DNA of 64,000 bases, taken from Bacteroidales bacterium (GTDB lineage: Bacteria > Bacteroidota > Bacteroidia > Bacteroidales > GCA-2748055). The DNA lies in the NCBI GenBank assembly GCA_040880545.1, contig JBBDIE010000175.1, positions 6,569-70,568 of the forward strand. Reading direction: 5' to 3'. Made by a program: the position numbers and the translations under genes. The notes beneath the pieces are model-generated. The model had not been told where the DNA came from. It saw only the letters and a list, made by a program, of their open reading frames with translations, and ran no database searches. Shown one piece after another: positions 48,371 through 58,981 of the stretch; position 1 is the stretch's first letter; each line of letters starts with the position of its first letter.

Positions 48371-49915
48371 TTATTTACTTAGAGTAAACTTCAACGCAAC
48401 TGCCACATCATTTAATACTTCCGGCAGTACAACGTGAGTTCCGTCTTCTTCTACGGACCATTCAACTTTTTTGGTCGAACCAAGTAATTGCACATTCTTT
48501 ATTCTATCAACTATTTCATCGTTGCTATGGATGCTTTTAATATGCAAGTGCATATCTTCGGGCCAGCTAAGGGCCATTACGTACAGATTATTATCTTTAA
48601 CCGTGAATCTGATGTCTCTCGCATCGATATTATCTGTAAAGTTCCATTTTGGATGGGGCTTAGGTGTTCTGAGTTTCTCTTCCAGGCCCTCTGCATGTAT
48701 CTTCCATGGACGTGTTTCAAAGATGGCTTCACCATTTACTTCAAGCCATTTACCAACTCCCCTGAGTGCTTCTTTTTGTGCTTCAGGAATTGTTCCGTCA
48801 GCTTTTGGTGAGAGATTCAGTAATAAGCCACCACCTCTGCTTACACGATCAATCAAACCGCGAACAATTTCAGGAGCCTTTTTGTAAATCTGATCTGTAT
48901 TATAACCCCATCCCTGATGAGCTATTTTCATATCATCTATCCAGGGTCTTGTCTCGTTGGCATTACGATCTCTTCCCTCTTCAAATGAAAGTATACCTAA
49001 TTCATATGGAAAATTAAATTCCATACTACCAGGAAACTTGTTCAAAACCACCACAGGTTTTTGCCATTCTACCTGTTTATTATAATAGTAAGCCAATATT
49101 TCCTGAACAGGATTATCAGCTGTTTCATCCCTGAATGCACCACCGTCGAACCAAATAATATCAGGTTCATAGTTATCAAGCACTTCTGTTACTTTATTTT
49201 TCCATTCTACCAGGAAATCCTCCCTTGTTCTGCCAACCTCGTCATTCCAGTAGAGATCTCCATATTCAGGATTGAAAATATCCCAGTCTTTATCTAAATA
49301 TTTCTCACGTTCAACTGAATCAACAGGTTGCCAATAATTTCCAATCCAAGGGAGGTACCAGTTAAATGTACGAATATGATGAAATGTGGCAATAACAGGC
49401 ATTTCATTTTTTTTAAGTTCTGCAGCGAACTCTCCAAAAAGGTCACGTTTGGGCCCCATGTCCATGGAATTCCATTTTGTAAATTCAGAATCCCAAATAC
49501 AGAATCCATCATGATGAACAGTAGCTAATCCTGCATATTTTGCACCCGATTGCTTTATAATTTCTACCCATTCCGCAGGATCATATTTTTCGGCCTTAAA
49601 CATGGGGATGAACTCTTTATATGAAAATTCTGATGGATCACCCCAGTTTTCAAGATGATGTTCATATACGTGGTCTCCAATTTTATGCATACGTTTTCCA
49701 TAATGCTCTGTGAAGTATGCTGGTACCGCGTATACTCCCCAGTGGGCATATATACCAAATTTTGCATCAAGCAGCCATTCCGGAATATCATTGTTGATCA
49801 GGGATTCCCAGGTAGGTTCAAATGTTTGGGTGAATACTTCATTTTTCTTTTTTGATGAATTACATGATCCCATTAAAAACATGAGAATAATTAAAAACGT
49901 CATCTTGAATTTCAT
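48371..49915 (-). CDS. Alpha-L-fucosidase, GH29 (lipoprotein)
   Basis: MKFKMTFLIILMFLMGSC (ATG at 49915; the longer alternative starts at 49939). WLLDAKFGIYAHWGVYAVPAY, ATVHHDGFCIWDS, PDIIWFDGG. Confidence 0.9.
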   Translation of the reverse strand: MKFKMTFLIILMFLMGSCNSSKKKNEVFTQTFEPTWESLINNDIPEWLLDAKFGIYAHWGVYAVPAYFTEHYGKRMHKIGDHVYEHHLENWGDPSEFSYKEFIPMFKAEKYDPAEWVEIIKQSGAKYAGLATVHHDGFCIWDSEFTKWNSMDMGPKRDLFGEFAAELKKNEMPVIATFHHIRTFNWYLPWIGNYWQPVDSVEREKYLDKDWDIFNPEYGDLYWNDEVGRTREDFLVEWKNKVTEVLDNYEPDIIWFDGGAFRDETADNPVQEILAYYYNKQVEWQKPVVVLNKFPGSMEFNFPYELGILSFEEGRDRNANETRPWIDDMKIAHQGWGYNTDQIYKKAPEIVRGLIDRVSRGGGLLLNLSPKADGTIPEAQKEALRGVGKWLEVNGEAIFETRPWKIHAEGLEEKLRTPKPHPKWNFTDNIDARDIRFTVKDNNLYVMALSWPEDMHLHIKSIHSNDEIVDRIKNVQLLGSTKKVEWSVEEDGTHVVLPEVLNDVAVALKFTLSK

Positions 49916-49981
49916 AATTTGTATTTTTAGATTTAGCATTTTTGTATTTTCATATCTCTATTTCAAGCACTTCTATTCTGA

Positions 49982-52168
49982 TTAAAAGTGTTGTGGAAAA
50001 TCATCAGTTAGTCCGACTTTACTCATTATATTTATTTGCTCTATGCCCAAGGCCAGGGCAGGGGAGTCTCCTTTCAATTTGAAGCGCTGCTCTTCCTGGT
50101 TTTCGAATAACGGATCAACATAGACTGAGTTATTATCAAATCCGTGAATTTGTAAATCCATTAAAATTTTGTTTTCTCTGAAATCAGGATTGGACAAACT
50201 AAAATAAAGATTGCTGTCAACCCTGTTGTCGGTCATCATCTGATATACTTCAGGTGGCTTCGCATCCTTTATAAAAGAATAAAAATTATCCTTTTCACCA
50301 GTACTGACAAACACATTTTTAACTATATCTGAATTTCCAAAGTTGCCCAGTGCCTGAATCATTCCTTTCCCGGTCCCTGATGATACATCTATAAGGAAAT
50401 TATTCCGTACCACATTATCCCCCTTGGGAGCGATACCGGCATTAGGAGATCTGAATACTATATTATGGTTAATAAGCGTTCCGTTTTGGGCATTATCGAT
50501 TCGAATACTGGAATTGACCTCCGGATTCTGAATATCATGAACATAGTTGAAACGAATTATATTTCCCAGTCCTGCACCCGACACATTAATGGCAGCACCA
50601 TCACCCATCTTTTCCAGTGCGTTGTGAATATGATTAAATTCAACAATATTATTACGGGAATGCAGGTAGGGAGCTAGTTCATCCAATGTAGAAGCCGTAC
50701 CTGTTTCATCAAACCTGATACTCCTGCTGCATTCCCGGGTTTTCTCTCTGTCAGGACTAAAAAATGGCGGACGAACACCTGTGATGCAAACTGCTTTTCG
50801 AGGTACATTGTGGATATAATTATGGGCTATCAGGTTTTCTCCACTCTGCCATGCAGTGATCATTTGTGAATGCCACCAGATTGTTCCACAATCATGAATG
50901 TGGTTATTTACAACTTTGTTATATTTGTTCACATCTTTAGTACCGGGTCCGTATCCCAGCATCATAACTGCCGAAGCTCCCAAGTCATGAAAATAGCTGT
51001 TTTTGATTTCAATATGCTGGGCGTGATAATCCAGTCGAATTGCATTTCCGCCGGCATTATAAAAATGGCATGCTTCAACACTGCAGTATTCCGCCCCCTT
51101 GAATCTGAGCATTGCATTGTCCTTATTTTCAACCTCCCAGTCATGCTGTATCCCCGATTCATTTGCATCCCATGAAGTACGGTCTGCTTGGGTAAATGAA
51201 AGTCCACTAAAATGAATACCGGTAACAGGAACATCTTCTGATTCATTGATTCTTGAATCTCCTTCAACTTTTATTAATGTACTGAGTTTAGGAGCCATAA
51301 TATTTTGTCCCGGATCTATATTTTCGGGCCACAGGTATACTTTTTGCTGCTGAGTATTTATTAGCCAACATCCCGGATCATCCATTCCCTCAAATACATT
51401 TTCCACCCAAACAATCCCTTCCGGGAACCGTACTCTTTTCATTCTTGTGAGTGGATAGGAAGATGGGATTTTTGTTCTGGCAATACTGTTTCTTTCATCC
51501 ACCGATTCCAGGGGAAGTATATTCATGGTCCAGGCAACAGAGGGTTGTATAACAATTTCAACATCTTCCAGGTTGTACCAGTTTTTTAATTTTCCCGGGG
51601 GGAAATGAAGATTATATAGGTCTTCCGGCTTTTTTGCTCTGTTCCCCTCGTACTCACGCGTTGGGAAAAATCCTTCAGTCACCGCCCTGGGAATCCTTAA
51701 ATCACCATCATATAAAGTATAGAATGATTGAATTCCTTCTGGTAGATCGGCGCTCCAGATTTTTCCTGTTGCTTTATCTGGTAATCCGGGAAGATCGGTA
51801 TCAACTCTTTCCCATCCTGTTACACGGACTCCCGAGCTGATCACAGGCTGTTCCCCAGGATAATTCCGGTAAGTAATACGGAACCCTTCAGGGGCAGAAT
51901 CTTCAAGCCCCAGTACAAATGTATGGGACAGATAATAGGTTCCCTCTCTCAGGAAAACAGTAATGTCCGAATGCAATCCGTTTCTTTTCAACTCCCGGAT
52001 TTGATTCCTGGCCTTCTCAATGCTTGCCAGAGGCTGTGACAATGTTCCCGGATTGTTGTCTGCACCGGAAGGGGATATGTATATTTCTACCGGTGCATTC
52101 CGGCATCCGCTAAGGAATGGCAGCAGCACGATATAGAGAACAAAGAAAATTGTTTTATTCCTATTCAT
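49982..52168 (-). CDS. Right-handed parallel beta-helix lipoprotein (glycan-degrading enzyme candidate)
   Basis: Lipobox (PFLSGC). IYISPSGADNNPGTLSQPLASIEKARNQI start. Many beta-helix coils (CHFYNAGGNAIRL, NSYFHDLGASAV, NNHIHDCG, HNYIHNVPRKAV, FNHIHN, FNYVHDI). Confidence 0.7.
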   Translation of the reverse strand: MNRNKTIFFVLYIVLLPFLSGCRNAPVEIYISPSGADNNPGTLSQPLASIEKARNQIRELKRNGLHSDITVFLREGTYYLSHTFVLGLEDSAPEGFRITYRNYPGEQPVISSGVRVTGWERVDTDLPGLPDKATGKIWSADLPEGIQSFYTLYDGDLRIPRAVTEGFFPTREYEGNRAKKPEDLYNLHFPPGKLKNWYNLEDVEIVIQPSVAWTMNILPLESVDERNSIARTKIPSSYPLTRMKRVRFPEGIVWVENVFEGMDDPGCWLINTQQQKVYLWPENIDPGQNIMAPKLSTLIKVEGDSRINESEDVPVTGIHFSGLSFTQADRTSWDANESGIQHDWEVENKDNAMLRFKGAEYCSVEACHFYNAGGNAIRLDYHAQHIEIKNSYFHDLGASAVMMLGYGPGTKDVNKYNKVVNNHIHDCGTIWWHSQMITAWQSGENLIAHNYIHNVPRKAVCITGVRPPFFSPDREKTRECSRSIRFDETGTASTLDELAPYLHSRNNIVEFNHIHNALEKMGDGAAINVSGAGLGNIIRFNYVHDIQNPEVNSSIRIDNAQNGTLINHNIVFRSPNAGIAPKGDNVVRNNFLIDVSSGTGKGMIQALGNFGNSDIVKNVFVSTGEKDNFYSFIKDAKPPEVYQMMTDNRVDSNLYFSLSNPDFRENKILMDLQIHGFDNNSVYVDPLFENQEEQRFKLKGDSPALALGIEQINIMSKVGLTDDFPQHF

Positions 52169-52242
52169 TTAAATGCGAAATAAAAGGGCTTTACACATTA
52201 ATAAAATTAATGAACTGAAGCCCGTAATCTAATTTTTATCTA

Positions 52243-54141
52243 CTAAAGATTATCAGTTTCCGGGGAGCCTGCCCATCCTGGATTTTGAACCAGGTTTGGA
52301 TTAATTCTTCTTTCTTCATCAGGAATTGGTAATAAGTACCATGAAGATTCGAAAGCCCTCTGCTGTTCTTCGAATTCGTAGGAAATTGTGGTGGGGCCCT
52401 CTGGTACGTCCCTGCTTAATACCGGTTTCAGAAATACAGCGGTTTGTTGCGATTCAACAGGTACTTTCCAACGTCGTATATCATAGAATATATGATCTTC
52501 AAAGTTCATCTCGACAATACGCTCCTGCCGAATTTCTTTCCGCATCTCTTCCTGAGAAAGGCCTGTTGGCATTAAGGGCATACTGTAGGTATTTCCCATA
52601 AATTCGGGATATGGCATACACTTGGTACGTTCACGAATCATATTAATTGCTTCAATGGCTGTCAGACCAATGCCAAGGGCGTCAACGTCAGGACCATAGG
52701 CTTCATTCATCGCTTCCGCATACATGAGCAGTACATCGGCATACCGTAAAAATATGAAATTATGATGTGCAGTTCCACCACTGTTGCCTTCTAATGGATT
52801 AATATCAAGATTAAGCTGCTTTATAGAATATAGATAAGTGTTATATTGCGACAACTGGGGGGCAGCATCTGCTGATGTTGTATTTTCACCCAACACCCAT
52901 GTTTGTTGAATCCTTCCCTGTCTAAGATCAGCACCGTTATAGCCTACATCCCTGTAAAAGCGCGGATCAAGGTTAACATAGGGATTTTGTAAGTCAAAGC
53001 CACCCACTGGATCATCTTGGTCATAGGCTTCTCCTCCATTTATAATCTTATAATATTTCATGATATTATAAGTCATCTGATTCTTGCCTCCTTTATTGCC
53101 ATTCCATGCCATGTTTGGAGGTAAATTTATATATTCCATTCTCCAGTGTTGTTCTCCGATCCGGTTAAAAATCACCTCTTCGTTTGTAAAAGTTATAAAT
53201 AGCTGGGAAATATCCTCAACGAGTGAATATTGATTAAGTTGAATAACGTCTGCAGCAGCTTCTGCAGCTTTTACCCACTTATCCGGATCATATTGCCCTC
53301 TGAATGGTGAATCGTTCGGTTTCTCAGGATTATTGGCCAGTGGGCTGGCAGAAAATAGTAAGGCTTGGGTTTTTAAGGCCAATGCTGTACCTTTTGTAGC
53401 TCGTCCCGTTTGGCTGCTACTCCATTCTAATGGCAAAAGTGCCGCGGCTTCATTACATAAATTAACGATAAACTCTACACATTCATCATATGTGTTTCGT
53501 TCCCCATTAACTTCTGGGTCGGTTGTTTTCAGTGCCTTGTCTACAATAGTAAAACCACCATAATTCTTAAGTAGATCCATGGAGTAAAATGCAACCAGAA
53601 ATGTTGCTTCGCCTAATTTCTGATCCTTCTGTGTTTGCCCAAACCCATACTCATCGTCTAAAGGAACATTTTTGATATTCTCGATAAATAACCAACAAGC
53701 ACGTATGGCGGCATAATCAAAGCGATAAAAATCGCCCATTCCGTTGGCATATTCTCTGTTATTGGTAGTATAATTATAAGATTCGGACCATTCACCCCGG
53801 TTGAATACAGCGGTAAATTGTTGTCCCGGGTCCATGGCTGTTGCTCCAAATGCAGAATAAGTATCTGCCAGTGCGCCTTGCTTCAACTTGCCGTTTGAGT
53901 TTACACTGGAAGGATCCATATAGAAAGGGAGCCGATCGTATAAATTACTAAGTACCTGATCAGCAAAACGGATATCGGAATAAGTTTTTTGTAAATCCAG
54001 ATCTCCGGTCTCCGGTTTTTCCAGTAAATCTGAAAAATCTTCACACGATATACACATTACCATGCTAAATCCCAGTAACATAAGTATTCTTAAATTTATC
54101 CTTTTCATAACAACTAGATTTAATAGTTTCTTGAAATTCAT
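52243..54141 (-). CDS. susD: SusD/RagB family nutrient-binding outer-membrane lipoprotein (pair 1)
   Basis: Lipobox MVMCISC (alternative ATG at 54108). SusD-like TPR body. C-terminal RRWK..., ...LLPIP..E...NPNLVQNPGW. Immediately downstream of a SusC gene. Confidence 0.9.
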   Translation of the reverse strand: MNFKKLLNLVVMKRINLRILMLLGFSMVMCISCEDFSDLLEKPETGDLDLQKTYSDIRFADQVLSNLYDRLPFYMDPSSVNSNGKLKQGALADTYSAFGATAMDPGQQFTAVFNRGEWSESYNYTTNNREYANGMGDFYRFDYAAIRACWLFIENIKNVPLDDEYGFGQTQKDQKLGEATFLVAFYSMDLLKNYGGFTIVDKALKTTDPEVNGERNTYDECVEFIVNLCNEAAALLPLEWSSSQTGRATKGTALALKTQALLFSASPLANNPEKPNDSPFRGQYDPDKWVKAAEAAADVIQLNQYSLVEDISQLFITFTNEEVIFNRIGEQHWRMEYINLPPNMAWNGNKGGKNQMTYNIMKYYKIINGGEAYDQDDPVGGFDLQNPYVNLDPRFYRDVGYNGADLRQGRIQQTWVLGENTTSADAAPQLSQYNTYLYSIKQLNLDINPLEGNSGGTAHHNFIFLRYADVLLMYAEAMNEAYGPDVDALGIGLTAIEAINMIRERTKCMPYPEFMGNTYSMPLMPTGLSQEEMRKEIRQERIVEMNFEDHIFYDIRRWKVPVESQQTAVFLKPVLSRDVPEGPTTISYEFEEQQRAFESSWYLLPIPDEERRINPNLVQNPGWAGSPETDNL

Positions 54142-54151
54142 AGCTCAACAA

Positions 54152-57100
54152 TTAAAATCCAATGTTTAACCCTACACCATAAAAGCTGGTTTGTGGATAA
54201 ACAGATTCGTTACTGTACGTTCTTGGCATCTCAGGGTCAATCCATTTCCACTTGGATTTTGTAAAAGTGAGCACATTGCTTGCCATTAAAGTCACTTTCG
54301 CACTTTTAATATTCATTGGATTTAGTAAAGATTCAGGCAGTTGATAGGACAATTCTATATTTTTTAACCTGAGATAATCTGCCCTGAAAGTAGAGAATGT
54401 TGAATTTTTATTGGTCTCAGTACTTGCGCCGACTACTAATCTCGGATAAGTTGCGTTTTCTCTTGTATCAATTAATTCACCGGTATATGGGTCTTCATAA
54501 TATGCCCATCTTCCCAGATGCATCTCCTGTACTTTTGAATTATTATAGAATTCTTTTGACATTAGACTATCGAATGACCGGCTGAACCCACCGGCTCCCT
54601 GCCAGAACATAGTTAAGCCTAATCCTTTGTAAATAAACGTATAATTTAATCCGTAGATATATTCCGGCCGGTCAGTCATACCGATTGCACCCACATCAAA
54701 ATTGTCGATTACTCCGTCGTCATTTCGGTCAACAAACTTGAGATCGCCCGGATAAACGGGAGTTGTTGGAACTGGTACAGAAGGAGTAGCATCAGCCGGA
54801 AGTACGTATTTATTTGCACCTTCAACTAATTCATCCCACTGATACCCTAATTCTTCGAAAGTATAATATTCTCCATTCCAGGTATAACCGAATAATTGTC
54901 CAATTGATTTTCCTGTACGATTTTTATATTCCAGATCGTACTTAATTTCGTCGATATCAATGATTGTGTTAACAGCTCGTGAAAAATTACCATTTGCAAT
55001 AACAGAAAAGTCTCCAAAGTTTTTCCTAAGGGAGGCGGTTATTTCAAATCCCTCATTATTTACTTTTCCAAAGTTTTCTGGAGGTAGTTGATTTTGCTGG
55101 AGTCCGGTAACCTGTGTGAGTGTATTCCTGGTGGCCAGAATATTGGAACGTTTTTCAAAGAAGTAATCAAATCCCAAACTAATGAGGCCATTAAATATCT
55201 GCATATCGACACCGTAATTTTGCTTTTTGGCAATCTCCCAGCTTACATTCTCATTAGCCAGGGAAGATTCCACCAAAGTTGGATATGTATTGTACGCATC
55301 ACCAAAACTATAGTCCCGGCCCGGTTCAAAAATGGACAGATATAAGTACTGATAGTTCCCGATTTTGTCGTTTCCTGCTGTACCATAGGAACCTCTGATT
55401 TTGAAGAAGTTAATTACGGAAATATTTGACTTAAAGAAATTTTCTTCTGAAACTATCCAACCTGCGGAGAAAGCAGGGAACAGAGCATATCTTTCCTGTC
55501 TTTCGAATTGGGTAGAACCATTATATCCTAAATTTGCTTCGGCCAGGTATCTGTGTTTAAAAGCGTAGGTTACCCTTCCGGCAAAACCAAGATGTGCTGT
55601 CCATGGATTGGCATTACGCGATTTTTTATCCTGGTTGTACAAAGCAAGCCCAGTTACTTTATGGGCACCAAATGTACGATCATATGTAAGCGCAGCTTCA
55701 ACGTATGGATTATTCCGGGTACCGTAGTTAAGTGTCCTGTACCGGGGTAGTTCTGCTTGTTGCATTTGGGTATAGGTATCTGTTGCAGGATTGTATTTAT
55801 AGGTCCCCGGTTCTGCAAGGATTCTGAATTCATAATCCATCGCCGTATTAATACCAGATTTAACTCTGAATGCCAGCCCTTCTGTGATAAAATCCAATTT
55901 CTGTTTGAAATTCAACATGGCATAAAGGCTCTGATCCTTTTCAGTCTGGCTGGAGCCCCTCCGTAGGTTTCCGTACGCACTGTTTTCATCCATGTCCGAT
56001 GCACCAATAGATCCGTTTGGATTAATCAATGCTGTCAGGTTTGGTGGTTCCATGATTACAGTTCGCCACATTCCATAACCATCGGAAGCACCCTGGGGGA
56101 TATTACGCGTATCCTGAATTCTTCCATTTAGATTTACACCAAGTTCAGTGGTTTTTGTTAACTGAAAATCGAAATTCATCCTTAAATTAAATCGATTATA
56201 GCCTGCATTGGTACTGTAATCTGTTTCGTCCCATTGCCTGTATGCACCTTCCTGTGATAAAAACTCACCACCAACAAAATACTTTACTTGCTCGGTTCCC
56301 CCACGTAGGCTAATATTATACCGTTGTTCTGGGGCGTAGGGTGCAACCACCTCTTCAAACCAATCAATATCAGGGTGGGTGTAGGGTGAATCCCCTGTTC
56401 TGTAATGTTCAAGATCCTCCTCTGTGTAAAAAGGATTGTTCCCCACATTTATTAAGGCCTCATTATATAAACGGGCATGATCGTAAGATCCCAGGAAATT
56501 CGGGAAATTGATTATTTTATGCAAACGATACTGTCCGTTAACGTCAATTTCAGGTTTTCCTGAGTATCCTCGTTTGGTGGTAATCAATATGACACCATTT
56601 GCCCCTCGCACACCATAAACAGCCGTTGCTGAAGCATCCTTCAGGACAGAAAATGATTCAATATCATTCGGATTAATTCTACTAAGACTACCTTCCATTC
56701 CATCAATCAGGATCAGCGGAGAGCTGTCATTTATGGTACTTACCCCCCGAATGGACATAATCGGATCATCAGCACCTGGCCTTCCTTCTCCCATTTTAAT
56801 AATCAGACCTGAGACTCTACCTGCAAGTGAATTCGAAAGGTTTGAGGTGGCAATATCGGTAAGATCTTCACTATCAACACTCGATATGGCACCCACTACG
56901 CTAATCTTCTGTTGTGTTCCATAACCGACAACTACTACCTCTTCCAGATCTTCGGCCGTACTTTCCATTGTAATTTCCAGATTAGTCTGGTTACCAATAA
57001 TTTGATGTTGCGTAGCATAACCTATAAAAGAAATGACCAGAACACTTTCCGGACCATCAATATTAATTGAAAAATTCCCGTTACTATCGGTTATTGTGCC

Positions 57101-57250
57101 TCTTGTTGTTCCTTCAAGAACTACTGTGGCTCCTGGAACTATTTCACCGTTTTCATCCTGTACAAATCCAGTGATCTGTCTTTGTTGTGCATTTAAAGTC
57201 AGTATTGTTGCACAAATCAGTAATGTAAATAATATTGTTTTTTTCATCAT
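54152..57250 (-). CDS. susC: SusC/RagA family TonB-dependent transporter (pair 1)
   Basis: 1032 aa. Carboxypeptidase-regulatory-like start ITGFVQDENGEIVPGATVVLEG, plug (VVVGYGTQQK, IRGVSTIN), C-terminal ...GVGLNIGF. No STN domain seen. Confidence 0.93.
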   Translation of the reverse strand: MMKKTILFTLLICATILTLNAQQRQITGFVQDENGEIVPGATVVLEGTTRGTITDSNGNFSINIDGPESVLVISFIGYATQHQIIGNQTNLEITMESTAEDLEEVVVVGYGTQQKISVVGAISSVDSEDLTDIATSNLSNSLAGRVSGLIIKMGEGRPGADDPIMSIRGVSTINDSSPLILIDGMEGSLSRINPNDIESFSVLKDASATAVYGVRGANGVILITTKRGYSGKPEIDVNGQYRLHKIINFPNFLGSYDHARLYNEALINVGNNPFYTEEDLEHYRTGDSPYTHPDIDWFEEVVAPYAPEQRYNISLRGGTEQVKYFVGGEFLSQEGAYRQWDETDYSTNAGYNRFNLRMNFDFQLTKTTELGVNLNGRIQDTRNIPQGASDGYGMWRTVIMEPPNLTALINPNGSIGASDMDENSAYGNLRRGSSQTEKDQSLYAMLNFKQKLDFITEGLAFRVKSGINTAMDYEFRILAEPGTYKYNPATDTYTQMQQAELPRYRTLNYGTRNNPYVEAALTYDRTFGAHKVTGLALYNQDKKSRNANPWTAHLGFAGRVTYAFKHRYLAEANLGYNGSTQFERQERYALFPAFSAGWIVSEENFFKSNISVINFFKIRGSYGTAGNDKIGNYQYLYLSIFEPGRDYSFGDAYNTYPTLVESSLANENVSWEIAKKQNYGVDMQIFNGLISLGFDYFFEKRSNILATRNTLTQVTGLQQNQLPPENFGKVNNEGFEITASLRKNFGDFSVIANGNFSRAVNTIIDIDEIKYDLEYKNRTGKSIGQLFGYTWNGEYYTFEELGYQWDELVEGANKYVLPADATPSVPVPTTPVYPGDLKFVDRNDDGVIDNFDVGAIGMTDRPEYIYGLNYTFIYKGLGLTMFWQGAGGFSRSFDSLMSKEFYNNSKVQEMHLGRWAYYEDPYTGELIDTRENATYPRLVVGASTETNKNSTFSTFRADYLRLKNIELSYQLPESLLNPMNIKSAKVTLMASNVLTFTKSKWKWIDPEMPRTYSNESVYPQTSFYGVGLNIGF

Positions 57251-57298
57251 TGGAAATTTTTTACAAAAACCATACTTATTCCTGAATCAATTAAAGTT

Positions 57299-58963
57299 TT
57301 ACCACCCAGCGTTTTGCTGTAAACTACTGTTTCTGTTTATTTCACTCTGGGGTAGCGGGTAGAGGTTCATTTCCGGCCTGAATACCCTGCTTTGGGCAAC
57401 TTTAGGTTCATATGTAAATGTTGAATCATTGATAGCTGTAATTTTCAATCCATTTACAGGTTGTCCTAGTACAGTACCTGCTAATTTCCATCGACGTAAA
57501 TCCAGATGCCGGTGTTCTTCAAAAGCAAGTTCTATACGCCGCTCTTCCTGGATTATTGCTCGCATCTCTTCTTGAGTCAATCCGGTAGGGAGTGGTGGTA
57601 ATTGTACCCTGTTACGGACCTCATTTACTGCACTTAATGCACTCATTCCAAATGACTCCTCTGTTTCCGGGCCATAAGCCTCATTCATTGCTTCAGCAAA
57701 GTTCAGCAATATTTCAGCATATCTGATATGAGGGAAACAGTGATAAGTAGCACCCGAAGACCCGCCAAACCATTGTGCATCCTCAGACATAAATTTTTTC
57801 AGGTAAAAACCGGTTTTGGTGGAATTTACATTTCCTAAATCCTTACCTCCCTGAAAGGTTTCTATGGTACTACCCATCCAGGAGGCTCCATTATAAAGGA
57901 CTGATGCATAAAAACGTGGTTCACGGTCCTGGAATGGATTTTCAGCATGTACCGGGTTGTCCCAATCAAACAAGGAGCCATCACTCATCTTATATGCATC
58001 GACGAGATCAAGACTGGGACATGAACCACCCATGCCATCTGTAAAACCAGTTGGCCCGTTAAGTCTTTCCACATCATTATTGCGTGAGGTCATTTTACTG
58101 AAAATAATCTCATCGTTACCCGACAGCGTAGTGAAGAATCCTTCATAATCGTTGAATAGCTGATAGGTATTCAAATTAATTACATCATAAGCAGCCTGTG
58201 CCGCGTCCTGCCACTTTCCGGCGTCATAGGCCCCATGTTCTACTGTACTTTCAGAATTCAATGGATCATTAAATAGCGGACTGGCCGCATAGAGTAAAGT
58301 ACGTGACTTTAAGGCCAGTGCTGCTCCTTTGGTGGCCCTGCCAAAATTAGTGGCATTGCTTTGCCAGATATCTGGTAAAATGGCTGCAGCATTATCGCAT
58401 TCGTCAACAATAAATTGAATACAATCTTCATAACTGTCCCTTTCCATCCCGGCACCTTCACCAATTTCGAGAACTTCAGTAATTATGGGAACTCCTCCAT
58501 ATCTTTTGACCAGTTCAAAGTAGAAAAACGCACGTAAAAAGTAAGTTTGTCCCAACAGAAGCTCAATAGTCCGGTCGCTTACAAAAAGGCCTTCGGGTAC
58601 CTGCGGGTGTAAATCATTCAGGAAAATATTTGTTTTCCTAATTGCAGCATAGGAACTGCTCCATGCATCATCCCGTGGTGAAGATGCTGACCAGGCACCG
58701 GTTGCCATAAATTCGGCTTCAGTATAATTTCCGCTTGCCACCGCTTCGTCTGTGGTTGATGCAATCATAGAATTTCCATCTAGTCGGTTATAACCATCTG
58801 GTAAAGCAGCATACATATCATTTACAAGACCAATGACATATATTGAATCGGACATTACATCATCTATATCATAATAATCCACCGGCATATCATGTATTGA
58901 GGTTTCACATGAATTACCAAATATGAAGGTGGCAATGATTAAACTATAAATTATCTTTTTCAT
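57299..58963 (-). CDS. susD: SusD/RagB family nutrient-binding outer-membrane lipoprotein (pair 2)
   Basis: Lipobox FIFGNSC. SusD-like body. RRIELAFEEHRHLDLRRWK, ...YPLPQSEINRNSSLQQNAGW. Confidence 0.9.
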   Translation of the reverse strand: MKKIIYSLIIATFIFGNSCETSIHDMPVDYYDIDDVMSDSIYVIGLVNDMYAALPDGYNRLDGNSMIASTTDEAVASGNYTEAEFMATGAWSASSPRDDAWSSSYAAIRKTNIFLNDLHPQVPEGLFVSDRTIELLLGQTYFLRAFFYFELVKRYGGVPIITEVLEIGEGAGMERDSYEDCIQFIVDECDNAAAILPDIWQSNATNFGRATKGAALALKSRTLLYAASPLFNDPLNSESTVEHGAYDAGKWQDAAQAAYDVINLNTYQLFNDYEGFFTTLSGNDEIIFSKMTSRNNDVERLNGPTGFTDGMGGSCPSLDLVDAYKMSDGSLFDWDNPVHAENPFQDREPRFYASVLYNGASWMGSTIETFQGGKDLGNVNSTKTGFYLKKFMSEDAQWFGGSSGATYHCFPHIRYAEILLNFAEAMNEAYGPETEESFGMSALSAVNEVRNRVQLPPLPTGLTQEEMRAIIQEERRIELAFEEHRHLDLRRWKLAGTVLGQPVNGLKITAINDSTFTYEPKVAQSRVFRPEMNLYPLPQSEINRNSSLQQNAGW

Positions 58964-58981
58964 TTTTTTTCAGTTTGGTAG

